A program made the position numbers and the translations under genes. A model generated the notes under the pieces. It was not told where the DNA came from. It saw only the letters and a list, made by a program, of their open reading frames with translations, and did no database searches. Source: Sphyrna mokarran (taxonomy: Eukaryota). From it: a stretch of 64,000 nucleotides of DNA. The stretch covers positions 19,778,001 through 19,842,000 of the forward strand of contig JAGIQG010000012.1 of NCBI GenBank assembly GCA_024679065.1, given 5' to 3'. Positions 1-12,089 of this stretch are shown here, piece after piece (positions within the stretch are counted from its first letter, which is position 1; each line of letters starts with the position of its first letter).

Positions 1-582
1 GAAAAAATATTGGACAGATATGAACCGGGTTCCCAATTTGCTATTATCCATTTCACATTACCATCAATGACTGTTTCCACTCCCAATGTGCTTAATTTAC
101 AGATGGGAAACTATTAAAATATTCTCCCATTGGATACCAAGAAAGTGGCATTCTAAACCCTAAGGTACAACTGATGTTTGAATAGCTGAGCCCAGTTTTA
201 ATATTTCTGTAATGTTTTTGAATTTGGAATATAACAATAGAATATTGGTAGTGTACAAAAAAGGGAACATCACAAGAAAACAATTTCAACACATCTCAGA
301 ATTGGAATAACCAAACAAAATGGAGGTGACAGTGACGAAATATTTGTCATTTTAAGTGGAATATAGTCAGTAGCTGCTTAATTTTATGTTTGATAGCTTA
401 AATTGAACTCTCAGTTCTTTCAGGTCACCACCTGTGCTTTCAAGACACAAGCATAGATATACTGTAAGGAATAATCTTGGCATAATGGATGAAGAATCAA
501 AAACACAGATGCCTCACTCCCAACACAAGATGAGATCAGGGAAGCAGAGATCCCTCATAACAAGTGTTTCATCAAGTGACGT
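1..582 (-). other. TMEM178A: TMEM178A 3' UTR (end not determined)
   Basis: Repeat-free AT-rich sequence downstream of the stop. A possible variant poly(A) signal ATTAAA lies at 202-197. Confidence 0.6.
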
Positions 583-882
<300 letters not shown>

Positions 883-1109
883 TCAACAATGCAGCATTTA
901 TTTTTACCAAGTAAAATAAATACAATGAATATGGCAAATTGGTTTAAGTGGAAGAAAGTGATGCATTTTGACAGGTTTTTGGATTTATTACAAGGTGACT
1001 AGTGATACTTAAAATACAACACTTAACAAAATTAACACCTATGTGAAAGCAACATTACAAGTCAGAGATTATTTTATATAATTATCACATTTTCAAAGTT
1101 ACAAGAGTG

Positions 1110-1565
1110 CTTCTTGGGTTGAGAAACTTCAGTTATGAGGATAAATTGGAGACTTTAAGTTGTTTTCCTTGGATAAAAGGTGGCCAAGAGGAGTCTTAAT
1201 AGAGATGTTCAAAATCTGAAAGATTGGATAGGGTAGATAGGGAGAAACTGTTCCTGCTTGTAAAAGGATCCAGAACAAGTGCGCACAGATTTGAAGAAAT
1301 TTGCAAAAGAGATAAATGAGATGAGAGAAAAAACTTTTTCACACAATGAGTGGTTCACATCTGGAATGCACTGCCTGGAAGTGTCGTGGACGCAGATTCA
1401 ATTGAGGCTTTCAAGAGGGCGTTAGATAATTATTTGAATAGAAACAATGTGCAGGGGTACGGGAAAAGGCAGGGGAATGGCACTAAACCATGATATTTCT
1501 TTGGAAAACTGGCACAGATATGATGGGCCAAGTGGCTTTCTTCAGCACTGTAACAATTCTGTGAT
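1110..1565 (+). mobile_element. CR1-clade LINE 3' fragment
   Basis: Decayed ORF2 C-terminus (FFTQ.VV.IWNALPGSVVDADSI.AFKRALD) followed by the CR1 3' tail. Confidence 0.85.
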
Positions 1566-1689
1566 CTTTGAATGCTTACTTTATTGTAATGGGCAGTTAC
1601 TTTGATTTACAGGGATTTGTACTGAGGTTTAAACTATTCATCATGATGAATTAAATGATGTGATAGCCAGCTATACATCAAAGTTTTTT

Positions 1690-2040
1690 TTTAATGACAC
1701 AAAAATTAAAAGCATCGCAGGATAGAGCAGCGTATCATTACAAAGATATTTTGATGAATCAAACCAGTGGGCAAAGCTGTCATATGGATTTCATTACAAG
1801 CAAATGTGAGGTCATTCACTTTTGGATCTAAGAAGATTGGAATCAGAACACTTTCCAAAGGATAAAAATCTGGAAAACAGCAGAGCTCCAAAGAGACATA
1901 GGACTCCATGAATATAGATTGTTAAAATGTCACAGACAGATACTGAAAATCATCAAAAAAAGGCTAATGAAATGTTGGCCTTTCTATCTACACGCCAAAG
2001 TATAAGGGGTACATGAAAAAGCAGGGGAATGCAACTGGAG
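1690..2040 (+). mobile_element. CR1-clade LINE internal fragment
   Basis: Decayed DDTK / MDF...KCEVIHFG / KKANEMLAF segments. Confidence 0.65.
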
Positions 2041-2049
2041 AGATGATGA

Positions 2050-2395
2050 CCTAGTGATATTATCAGTGGACTATTAATCCAGTGATACTATTCTGGGGAT
2101 CTGGGTTCGAATCCTACCACAGAAGATGGTGGAATTTGAATTCAATAAAAAATACTTGGAATTAATAATCTACTGATGACCATGAAACCATTGTTGATTG
2201 TTGGAAAAAACCCATCTAGTTCATTAATGTCCTTTAGGGGAGGAAATTTGCCGTCCTTACCAGGTCTGGTCTACATGTGAGTCTAGAGCCACAGCAATGT
2301 GGTTGACTCTCAACTACTCTCCAAGGGCAACTAGGGATGGGTAATAAATGTTGACCAGCTAGCGATGCCCATGTCCTATGAATGAATAATAATTA
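2050..2395 (+). mobile_element. tRNA-derived SINE (LINE-type tail)
   Basis: B-box GGTTCGAATCC at about 2105. The body recurs at about 11040-11720 and 62460-62750. The tail AAGGGCAACTAGGGATGGGTAATAAATG resembles LINE 3' ends at about 20100-20290 (-) and 59300-59440. Confidence 0.8.
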
Positions 2396-2654
2396 AAAAA
2401 TGCTATAGGGGGGCCTCACTGACAAACATCATGTATCGTCTCCAGCAACAGAGACCAGACGTGTTGGCCTCGCTGGTGGGACTGGCGGCCATTGGGACCT
2501 CCTGGGTGGTTGGATGCAGTGGAGAACAGTGCCCAACTGGCACACTGGCACTGCCTACCAGTATCCTGGCACTGTCAGTCAGGCACCCTGATGGTGCCCA
2601 ATGGGCAATCGATAGTGTCAAGGGGCGGGGACTGAATGAAGGGGGAGTATACAG

Positions 2655-3370
2655 TTCAAAAACAGAAAATGCTGGAAAATCACAGCAGGTTTGACAGCAT
2701 CTGTGAAAAAAAGAGAATAGAGCCAACATTTTGACTCCGAATGATGTTTTGTTGGAGTTAAGATCAAAGAAAATCAGAGAGATTTATACTGTGGGTGTGG
2801 GGTGTGAGGGGATGGCTGTATTTGGGTAAGAAGAATGTAAGTGAGGATGAAGGCGGCTGAGAAAGGTTCTAAAAGTGTCCACTAAGTAATCTGAATGTGT
2901 GAATGGCAGAACAGAGGTACGGGTTGTTAAGGCAGTTGCCCTAAAGAGGGGGTCAAGATGGAGAGTGGGCATAGAGAAGTGGAAAAATGGAAGTGAGAAA
3001 GAAGGGTGATTAAAAATGGACAAATGAGAGGAAAAGAAGAAACAGAATGAAATAAAATAAATGGAAATGGGGTGAAGGTGGAGGGGAGAGTTCACACTCT
3101 GAAGTTGTTGAACTCAATGTTCAGTCTGGAAGGATATAAAGTGCCCAATCGGAAGATGAGGTGCTGTTCCTCCAGTTTGTGTTGGGGTTTGCTAGAACAT
3201 TGCAAAAGGACAAGGACGGACATGTGGACAGGACAGCAGGATGGTGTGCTGAAGTGGTAAGCGACAGGAAGGTCTGGGTCCTACATGCGGATGGACCGAA
3301 GATGTTCAACAAACTGGTCACTCAGTCTGCGTTTGGTTTCGCTGATATAGAGGAGAACCGTATTGGTATA
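2655..3370 (-). mobile_element. Penelope-like element 3' part (GIY-YIG endonuclease plus pseudo-LTR)
   Basis: Minus strand reads LYISETKRRLSDQFVEHLRS and KLEEQHLIFRLGTLYPSRLNIEFNNFRV*. The terminal motif TGCTG..ACCTGCTG...CCAGCATTT is present. Confidence 0.85.
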
Positions 3371-3392
3371 CTGTTCACCCCACCCACTTTCA

Positions 3393-3650
<258 letters not shown>

Positions 3651-4977
3651 TCATTAGTATTCATTCACAAAAGCTATAAAGGATATTAGTTTCAGCAGCA
3701 TTCCAGTGAAATTGTAAAGTGAAATGGAATTTTTTTATTACAGTTAGAATTATGAACTACAATGCATGCTGAGTCACAGAGAAAAGGGATTTGGGATGCT
3801 GTCTTGTAATTCACTAGACTGTGTTTCCCTGAAATACATGCAAGATCCAAGTAGATTGAAAATATTGTTCTCAGGTAAAAATGCTGCCTGTGCATTTTCG
3901 AGCAATCTATTCAAAAATGAACCAGCAGAAATTGAGTGTCAAAGTAATTTGCAGTTAGGGTACAGCCCTGGCATTGGTTACATGCAGTTTTCTGCACTAA
4001 ATTAGTGTCCAGCAACAATACATGTCTACTTTACCCAAGCATGATTAGCATCCAATGTAATTGAGTTGACAATGACAAAAAAATGGGATCTGAGGAAGGT
4101 CAGAACCATTCCCGGCTCATTTAACTCTGCTTGTCCTTACTTAGACAGACACATCTGGCAACCAGCAAATATGACATGGAAAATTAAATGGACATAGAAA
4201 TCAGCAGAGCTGCAATACAATGGATCCAACACCTGACTATCTACCCACCATTTGCAGAACCCTACCTAAATATTTTACCTAGATCAGATTGTTTCCAGAT
4301 GCATACTTAACCTAGCTTTAAATGGTCACTGCAATATGCGGTATTCATAGGATCCATTGCAGCAACTCATTAAAACTTCTGTGGCAGCATCCACTAAACC
4401 CATGACCTCCACCAATTGGAAGGGCAAAGGCAGCAGGTACATGGAAACCATTACCTCCAAGTTCCTCTCCATGATGCAGGCCAAACCAACTGCAGTATAT
4501 ATCTCCTCATTCCTTCATTGTCACTAGTTACAATCAGAGAACTCCTAATCTAACAATACTGTGGGTGCACTTTCACCATCACACCTACAAATGTTCAAGA
4601 GTAAAGTTTATCACCACCTTCTTCAGTCTTGCCAGAAATGATTACACCTGAAACTGTGAAATGCTACACAGGAAGAAGTCTTTCTTGTGCAAGATCTCCA
4701 CACTATAGCCAATAGTTTCCTCAGGGTTTCTCCCCACTCACTGGCTGTAACATCAGTGTCAAATCTCATGCTCAGTAATGGGTTTTCTACTGAACCTACA
4801 ATAGTGACTTGGCAGTAGAACAGGAGTAAGCCTGAGATTTTCCTGCCATTTGCCCTGTTTCTGACACTTGCTGCCAATAACTAGGGTTGTACTTGTGGAA
4901 AAGCGAGCAGAAACACTTGTGTGGAGGGAGAAAGGAAAAGCAAAACTCAAAAGGACCATGAGTATAGCACAGTTTTA

Positions 4978-5157
<180 letters not shown>

Positions 5158-5849
5158 CTATCCTATAAACACAGCAAATATTATTCCTAAATGACGACCA
5201 TTACAATTAAAAGTTTGTGCATTAATTGTTTTATAATGCAGATACAGTACTTATATTATACTTTTAATATAAATGGCATTATGTTTGCATCAGAATAATG
5301 ATCATTAATACCATAGGTCGGGATTGTTCTCCATTTCTGCGGTGTGTTTCATGGCAGTGGGAGGTGGCACACACTCGCTGGCAGCGAGATCTTACAATCC
5401 CGCCATTGTCAGTGGGGTTTCCCGTTGAATGCACCTATCGCTTTGGACTATAAGACCTGATTTTGGCAATAGTATGCAATGACCAGCTCATGAAATAACA
5501 CCCTATCATGAAAATGTCAAAATTCCATGTATGCATTTTTGTACATTATGTTAGCCAGTAGCCATATGTAATTAATTTGCAAAACCTGATAAGGATCACT
5601 GTATTTTTGATTGGTACATGAAACCTGAGTCATAGATACCATCAGTAGGCCCGTGATCTCAATATTCATACTTGTATGATAATGGAATGTGTACTTTAAC
5701 TCCTTTTTTCATGTAGTTGTTGGTAAAATAGTATGTGAGTGAATTTTGATTGTTTTGTGCCCTTTACTACCTTGGTCACTGCTTACTGTTTATTTTCTAA
5801 TATAATGTAAAATTGAATTAAAATGCCAGAACTTAGAATTAATTTCAAA

Positions 5850-6435
5850 GAACAAACAACAAAGATCAAAGAAAATTACAGCACATGAACAGGCCCTTTG
5901 GTTCCCCAAGCCTGCACTGACCATGCTGTCCGACTTAACTAAAACCCCCTACCTTTCCGGGGACCACATCCCTCTATTCCCATCCTATTCATGTATTTGT
6001 CAAGATGCCCGTTAAAAGTCACTACCGTATCCGTTTGCAGTACTTCCCCTGGCAGTGAGTTCCAGGCACCCACTACTCTCTATGTAAAAAATCTGTCTCG
6101 TACATCTCCTTTAAACCTTGCCCCTCACACCTTAAACTTGTGCCCCCTAGTAATTGACTCTTCCACCATGGGAAAAAGCTTCTGGTTATCCACTCTGTCC
6201 ATGCATCTCATAATCTTGTAGGCTTCTATCAGGTCACCCCTCAACCTCCGCCATTCCAGTGAGAACAAACCAAATTTCTCCAATCTCTCCTCATAGCTAA
6301 TGCCCTCCATACGAGGCAACATCCTGATAAATCTTTTCTTACTTTCTTCAAAGTTTCCACATCTTCTGGTAGTGTGGTGACCAGAATTGAAACTATATTC
6401 CAAGTGGGCCTAACTAAGATTCTATAAAGCTATAA
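5850..6435 (-). mobile_element. CR1-clade LINE 3' fragment
   Basis: ORF 6125..6403 (ISYEERLEKFGLFSLEWRRLRGDLIEAYKIMR). TCTTTGT-type tail near 5850. Confidence 0.92.
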
Positions 6436-6439
6436 AGGT

Positions 6440-7581
6440 TTCACAGAATCCCTTCAATGCAGAAGACTGTTTGGCCCATCGAGTCTGCACTGACCATAAT
6501 CTCATCCAGGCCGTATCCCCAAAACCCCATGCACTCTAGCTAATCCCCTTGACATTAAGGGGCAATTCATCATGGCCAATCCATCTAACCCACATACCTT
6601 TGGACTGAAAGTCTGCAAAGGGATGTGGATAGTCTAAGTGAGTGGATGAGGATCTAGCAGATGGAGTATAATGTTGGTAAATAGGAGGTCACCCATTTTG
6701 GTATGAGTAATAGCAAAATGGGCTATTATTTAAATAGTAAAAAGTTGCAACATGCTGCTGTGCAGGAATCTCAAGGTGTTGGTATGCAGGTAATTAAGAA
6801 GGCAAATGGAATTTTGGCCTTTATTGCTAAAGTGATGGAGTTTAAAAACAGCGAGGTTATGTTACAGTTGTATAAGATGTTGGTGAGGCCATACCTGGAG
6901 TACTGTGTACAGTTTTGGTCTCCTTACTTGAGAAAGAATAAAATGGCACTGGAGGAGGTGGAGAGGAAATTCATTAGATTGATTCCAGATTGTTGGCTTA
7001 TGAGGAGAGATTAAGTAGACTGGGGCTATACTCATTGGTATTCAGAAGAATGAGGGGAGATTTTATAGAGATATATAAGATTATGAAGGGAATAGATAAG
7101 AAAGAAGCAGGGAAGTTGTTTCCACTAGTGGGTGAAACTAGAATTAGTGGATATAGCTTCAAAATAAGGGAAGCAGATTTAGAACTGAGTTGAGGGGATC
7201 TTCTTCACATGAAGAGTTGTGAATTTGTGGAATTCCCTGCTCAGTGAAGCAATTGAAACTACCTCATTGAATGTTTTTAAGGCAAGGATAGATAAATTTT
7301 TGAACAGTAAAGGAATTAAGGGTTATCGTGGGTGGGTGGGAAAGTGGAGCTGAGTCCACAAAAAGATTAGCCATGACCTTATTGAATGACAGAGCAGGCT
7401 CAAGGGGCCAGATGGCTTACTCCTGCTCCTAGTTCTTATATTGTCTTATGTTCTTATGACTGTGGGAAGAAAATTGACACCAGAGAAAACCTATGCATAT
7501 ATGGGGAGAATGTGCAAACTTCACATAGACAGTCACCCAAGCTAGAAATCGAATGCAGGTTCCTGGTGCTATGAGGTAGCA
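6440..7581 (-). mobile_element. HE1-like V-SINE split by a CR1 insertion (pieces about 6440-6607 and 7458-7581)
   Basis: The tail half ends at TTTGGACTG (6607) and the element resumes at GACTGTGGGA (7458). An intact copy at about 48455-48765 reads contiguously through this site. Confidence 0.85.
6608..7457 (+). mobile_element. 5'-truncated CR1 LINE with GACTG target-site duplication
   Basis: ORFs 6703..7014 and 6990..7193 (LVRPYLEYCVQFWSPY; YEERLSRLGLYSL). (TCTTATG)n tail. GACTG at 6603-6607 and 7458-7462. Confidence 0.92.
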
Positions 7582-7761
7582 GGTTAGCATTGTTGCCTCA
7601 TAGCACCAGGGACATGAGTTCGATTTCTGGCTTGGATGACTGTCTATGTGAAGTTTGCACATTCTCTCCGTGTCTGCATAGGTTTCCTCTGGTGTCCAGT
7701 TTCTTCCCACAGTCATAAGAACATAAGAGAATATAAGAACTAGGAGCAGGAGTAGGCCATC
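7411..7761. repeat. Long imperfect inverted repeat (arms about 170 bp, 9-nt spacer)
   Basis: 7411-7581 is the approximate reverse complement of 7591-7761, including the CR1-tail/SINE junction. Confidence 0.93.
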
Positions 7762-8539
7762 AGTGCCACTGTGCCTCCCTTCAGCATTATGGAGGCACAA
7801 CTACATTGCTTGTCCAATGTAGCTGTGCATCCAAGATGCTGAAGGGTCATCCTGACCAATTGAATTATCTGCTTCAGGCTAACAGAAGAAAGCAAGGCTA
7901 ATCAATAATGAACAGCTCCAAAATGGCACATTCAGCTACTTTTAATCCCCCCTCACCCCAGGAACCAATTAATACATACATATCCCAACACCCGTTTCCA
8001 CTTCTACCATAGTTTGGCATTATATTTCCTGTGTCCCTACCTCTATAGGAAATTCCCCTTTCAGTGCTCCTGCATTCTGCGACTACTCCATCCTTCCCAG
8101 TCTCATGGATCTCTGAAAGCCATTGATGCTCTCACACACCATGGCCAAAGCTCCCAAAACCCAGCGTCACCATCCTGACATTATTAACACACTCTTCACT
8201 CCCCAGTCCTCCAATTTATCTTCTACCTATTTGAAACTTGAAACATCATCCCTACCAGTTCCTGTACCATGAGCTTTAAAAAGCATGTAGTCAAATCAGT
8301 ATAGGATAAACATATTTTTAACAGTAAACAAACCATTGATTTGAAGTTTCTCTACAAATAAGTACCCAATCAGAAAAGTCAGCAAAGCTTCCTCGGTATC
8401 TATAAAGATGCAGTTCTTCTCCGTGTTGACTGTTTTGATTGGTCAGTTTAAGGGATGTGCTTCTTGCTGAGTTCATTTGGTGGGGAATGGGTCTGAAGTC
8501 ATATCCCCTTTTTAATAGCATTAGCTGATGTAAAACAGG

Positions 8540-9640
8540 TAGAACAAAAAACAGTATAGCACAGGAACAAGCCCTTCAGTCCACCAGGCCTGCGCTGACA
8601 CATTTTCTAAACTAAACTTTCTAAACTAACAACCTATTGCCTCTAAGTGGTCCATATCCCTCTATTCCCTTTCTGTTCATGTGTCTATCATGATAAACGT
8701 TGCTATTGTATTTGCTTCTACTACGTCCTCTGGCAATGCATTCTAGGCACTTACCATTCTATGTGTAAAAAACATGCCTTTCACATCTCCTTTAAACATC
8801 CCCCCCTTTACCTTAAACTCATGTCCCCATGTAATTGACATAGGAAAAAGACTCTGACTATCCATTCCTCTCATAATTTTGTAGATTTTATCAGGTCGCC
8901 CTTCAGCCTCCGATGTTCAATGGAAAACAAACCAAATTTGTCCAATCTCTCCTCATAGCCAATATCCTCAAACCAGGCAAGTTGGTAAACTTTTCTACAC
9001 CTTCTCCAAAGCCTCTACATGGTGTGGTGTGGTGATCAGAACTGTATACAGTATTCCAATCATTCTATACAGCTACAACATAAGCTTGCCAATTTTTATA
9101 TTTATGCCCAACTGATGGAAGGCAAGCATGCTATTCATTTTCTTGACCATCTTTTCCATTTGTCTTGCCACTCTCAGGGAACTGTGACCCTGTACGCTTG
9201 GATCCCTCTGTATGTTAATGTTTCTAAGTGTTCTGCCATTCATTGTATACTTCCGTCCTGCATTAGACCTTCCAAATTGCATCATCTCACATTTGTCTGG
9301 ATTAAATTCCATCTGCTATTTTTCCGCCCAAGTACCAGCCTATTCATACCCTTCTGTATCCTCTGGTAACTCTCCTCACTGTCTGCAGCTCCTCCAGTTT
9401 TTGTACTGTCTGCAAACTTACTTACCTGACCACCTACATTCTCTTCCAAATATCACAAACAGGTCCCAGCATGATCCTGGCCAACAACACTGGTCACAGA
9501 CCTCCAGTGAGAAAAACACCCTTCCACTACTACTCTCTGTCTTCTATGACCAAGCCAATTCTGTATCCATCTTACCAGGTCACTTTCTGTATAAGCCTGT
9601 TGTGAAGGATCTTGACAAAGGTTTTGCTGAAGTTCATGCA
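8540..9640 (-). mobile_element. CR1-clade LINE fragment
   Basis: ORF 9073..9312 (MEFNPDKCEMMQFGRSN), a decayed SKFADST segment and a 3' tail near 8545. Confidence 0.9.
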
Positions 9641-10206
9641 GCCAAAGAACTCAGACACTTTTAGAAGCCAGGGTGCAGGTAACAGAGTGATAAGTAGGTG
9701 AGATAGGATGGATCAAGAGAGTAGTCGGAGAGTAATTAGAGATGTAGGGATGGGGGTAGTAGTCAGGTCATGTGGAAGTCGGGAGTCCAATGGAGTTGTA
9801 AAGGGTTCAGAGGCGGGGCTGAGGGTAGGGTCAGTAATATTGTTAACCTAGCGTTATAACTGCTTTTAATCCTTCTAATCTTTCCTGGGGAACTATTTTA
9901 TTAAGAGCCAGAACCATCCAAAGTCTCCAATTTAAATCAGAGTTTCTCTGTACAGGATAATTGCTGATCAGAAATTTGAATTTTCTGGGCAATTTTCATG
10001 TGGTCTCTGTATGAGCATCTTCTTGGGTACCTCCTGGGTGCAGTCTGAGATTGATGGGCTTCGTTAATCAAAGATATTTGGGGATATGGGCAAAATGGAT
10101 ACATGGAGTTAGGCCACAGTTCAGCCGCGATCTTATTCAATGGCTTAAAGATTCAAGGGGCTAAGTAGTCTACTCCGTTTCTATGTATTTTTAATGTTAA
10201 AGATGT

Positions 10207-10343
10207 CAGCCAGAATTCTCAAACCTCACCCACAGATGGGATTTTCCAGTCCCACTGCAGTGAATGGAGATTTGGCTGAGTGCCAAATTCCCCGTTTTTA
10301 CTGGCAGTAGCAGCAGGGTGTGCGAGATCTGGGCATTTTGGCC
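10207..10343. mobile_element. About 135-bp MITE (probably PIF/Harbinger-type)
   Basis: Degenerate TIRs resembling GGCCGGAATTCTCC. Homologous to 39848-39974 and, inverted, to 55985-56120. Confidence 0.7.
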
Positions 10344-10562
10344 ATTATTGAATGATGCCTAAAAGCTGCCATTTAATATGGAATACACATTACCCTATCA
10401 TAGCATAATCTGGCCACCAGTCTCCACTGCATTTACTATTTTCATCCTTCATTCTTTGGAACGAAAGCCTTTAATGTCCGTAGTAAGTGTCAAAACAAAA
10501 TGACACCTTGTTCTTAAAAATGTTTATTTCACAATAATATAACTGCAATTATCCATTGGTAA

Positions 10563-10845
10563 ATGGTGGCACAATGGTTAGCACCACTACTTCACAGTGC
10601 CAGGGACCCAGGTTCAATTCCCAGCTTGCATTACAAAGTGAAGTCTGTATGCTCTCCCCGCGTCTATGTGGGTTTCCTTTGGGTGCTCTAGTTTCCTCCC
10701 ACAGTCTGGTTAGGTGGCCATGCTAAATTCTCCCCCAGTATACCCAAACAAGCACTAGAGTGTGGCGGCTGGGGGATTTTCACAGTAACTTCATTGCAGT
10801 GTTAATATAGGTCTACTTGTGACACTGATAAATAAATAAATAAAC
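10563..10845 (+). mobile_element. V-SINE with HE1-like head and alternative (Rex-like) tail
   Basis: tRNA-like A and B boxes, V-domain GTGGGTTTCC...TTTCCTCCCACAGTC, and tail TACTTGTGACACT.ATAAATAAA. Further copies at about 16912-17210 and 57763-58075. Confidence 0.85.
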
Positions 10846-11039
10846 TTGTTTATTGTGTCTTAATATCTGCACTCCTTGCATTTAACCTTGAGTTGTGAAT
10901 CTGTGATCTGAATTTGGATATATATAGGCTGAGATACTGTGCTGAATTTCACAAGTTGGAACTGTTTAGTCAGTTTTACCAATGCAATATTTTTCTTCTG
11001 CTTCTATCATTTCCTGTCTTATTCAGACTGGGAAGATGA

Positions 11040-11720
11040 CAATGTCACACAGTTAGTAACCTCAGAGACCCAGGTTAATACTCCAAGGACATGAGTTCAA
11101 GTTTCGCCATGACAGCTATTAATAAATTCAGTTAATAAACCTTTGTTTGAAAAACTAATCTCAAGTGATGATGACTACAAAATCTCATCAAATGTTGTAA
11201 AAACAAATCTGGTTAACTACTACCCTTCAAGAAAGGAAATCTGCCATTCTTACTATAATTAGTTTGGATCACTGTCTATGAGGAGGTTGCACATTCTCCT
11301 TGTGTCTGTGTGGGTTTCCTCCAGATGCACCAATTTCCTCCCCCAGTCCAAAAATGTGTGAGTTAGGTGGATTGGCCACGCTAAATTGTCCCGTAGTGTC
11401 AGGGGGACTAGGTAGGCAAATGGATGGGGTTATGGGAATATGGTTTGTGGTCAATGGGCTGAATGGCCTCCCTCTGCACTGTAGGATTCTATGATTCTAT
11501 GATCTACAGATAACTCCAGACCCATGACAACTTGGCTGATTCTTGACACATTAACTCTTTCTTTCTCTCCACAGTTGTTTCCAGACCTGCTGAATCTTTG
11601 CAGCATCTTCTGTTTTTATTATTTTCTTAACTGCCCTCTTAAATGGTCTACCAAACACTCAGTTTGAGGGCAATTAAGGATGGACAACAAATGCCAGTAA
11701 CATCCAGATCCCATGAAAAA
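11040..11720 (+). mobile_element. tRNA-SINE containing a nested HE1-like SINE (about 11275-11500) and a Penelope pseudo-LTR fragment (about 11550-11620)
   Basis: The host is homologous to 2050-2395 on both sides of the inserts. The HE1-like insert ends in (ATTCTATG)n. Confidence 0.75.
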
Positions 11721-12089
11721 TTTTTAAAATTATACATAAAATACCAAAACATATTTCAAAAGTTTTACCAAGATGAATTTAGGTTGAATGTTTTCTAAGA
11801 ATATACAGAGGCTGAGTATGCAAGAGAAAGAAACCATAAGTGTTCTGATGGCAACAAATGCTGGCCTAGCCAGTAACACCAACATCTTGTGAAAGAATTT
11901 TTGAGAAATGGACGGCAGCCCAGTCCTCTTGCTTGCGTGGATTCCTCTGAAGTCAGCTGGGTGGAACAACACTAATGGAATCAGCTCCTCAGCCAACAAA
12001 AGTGCGAGTGCTTGTGAACAGTACAGACATTCAGAAGGACATCATAGAGCCAGAACAATTCATCAATGGGTCTGGCAGGCAACAAAATG

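Noticed and set aside
10563-10640. tRNA-like A/B boxes here and at about 2050, 16915, 44920, 57000 and 57770
   Set aside because: These are SINE heads running into V-domain or other SINE bodies, with no intact cloverleaf.
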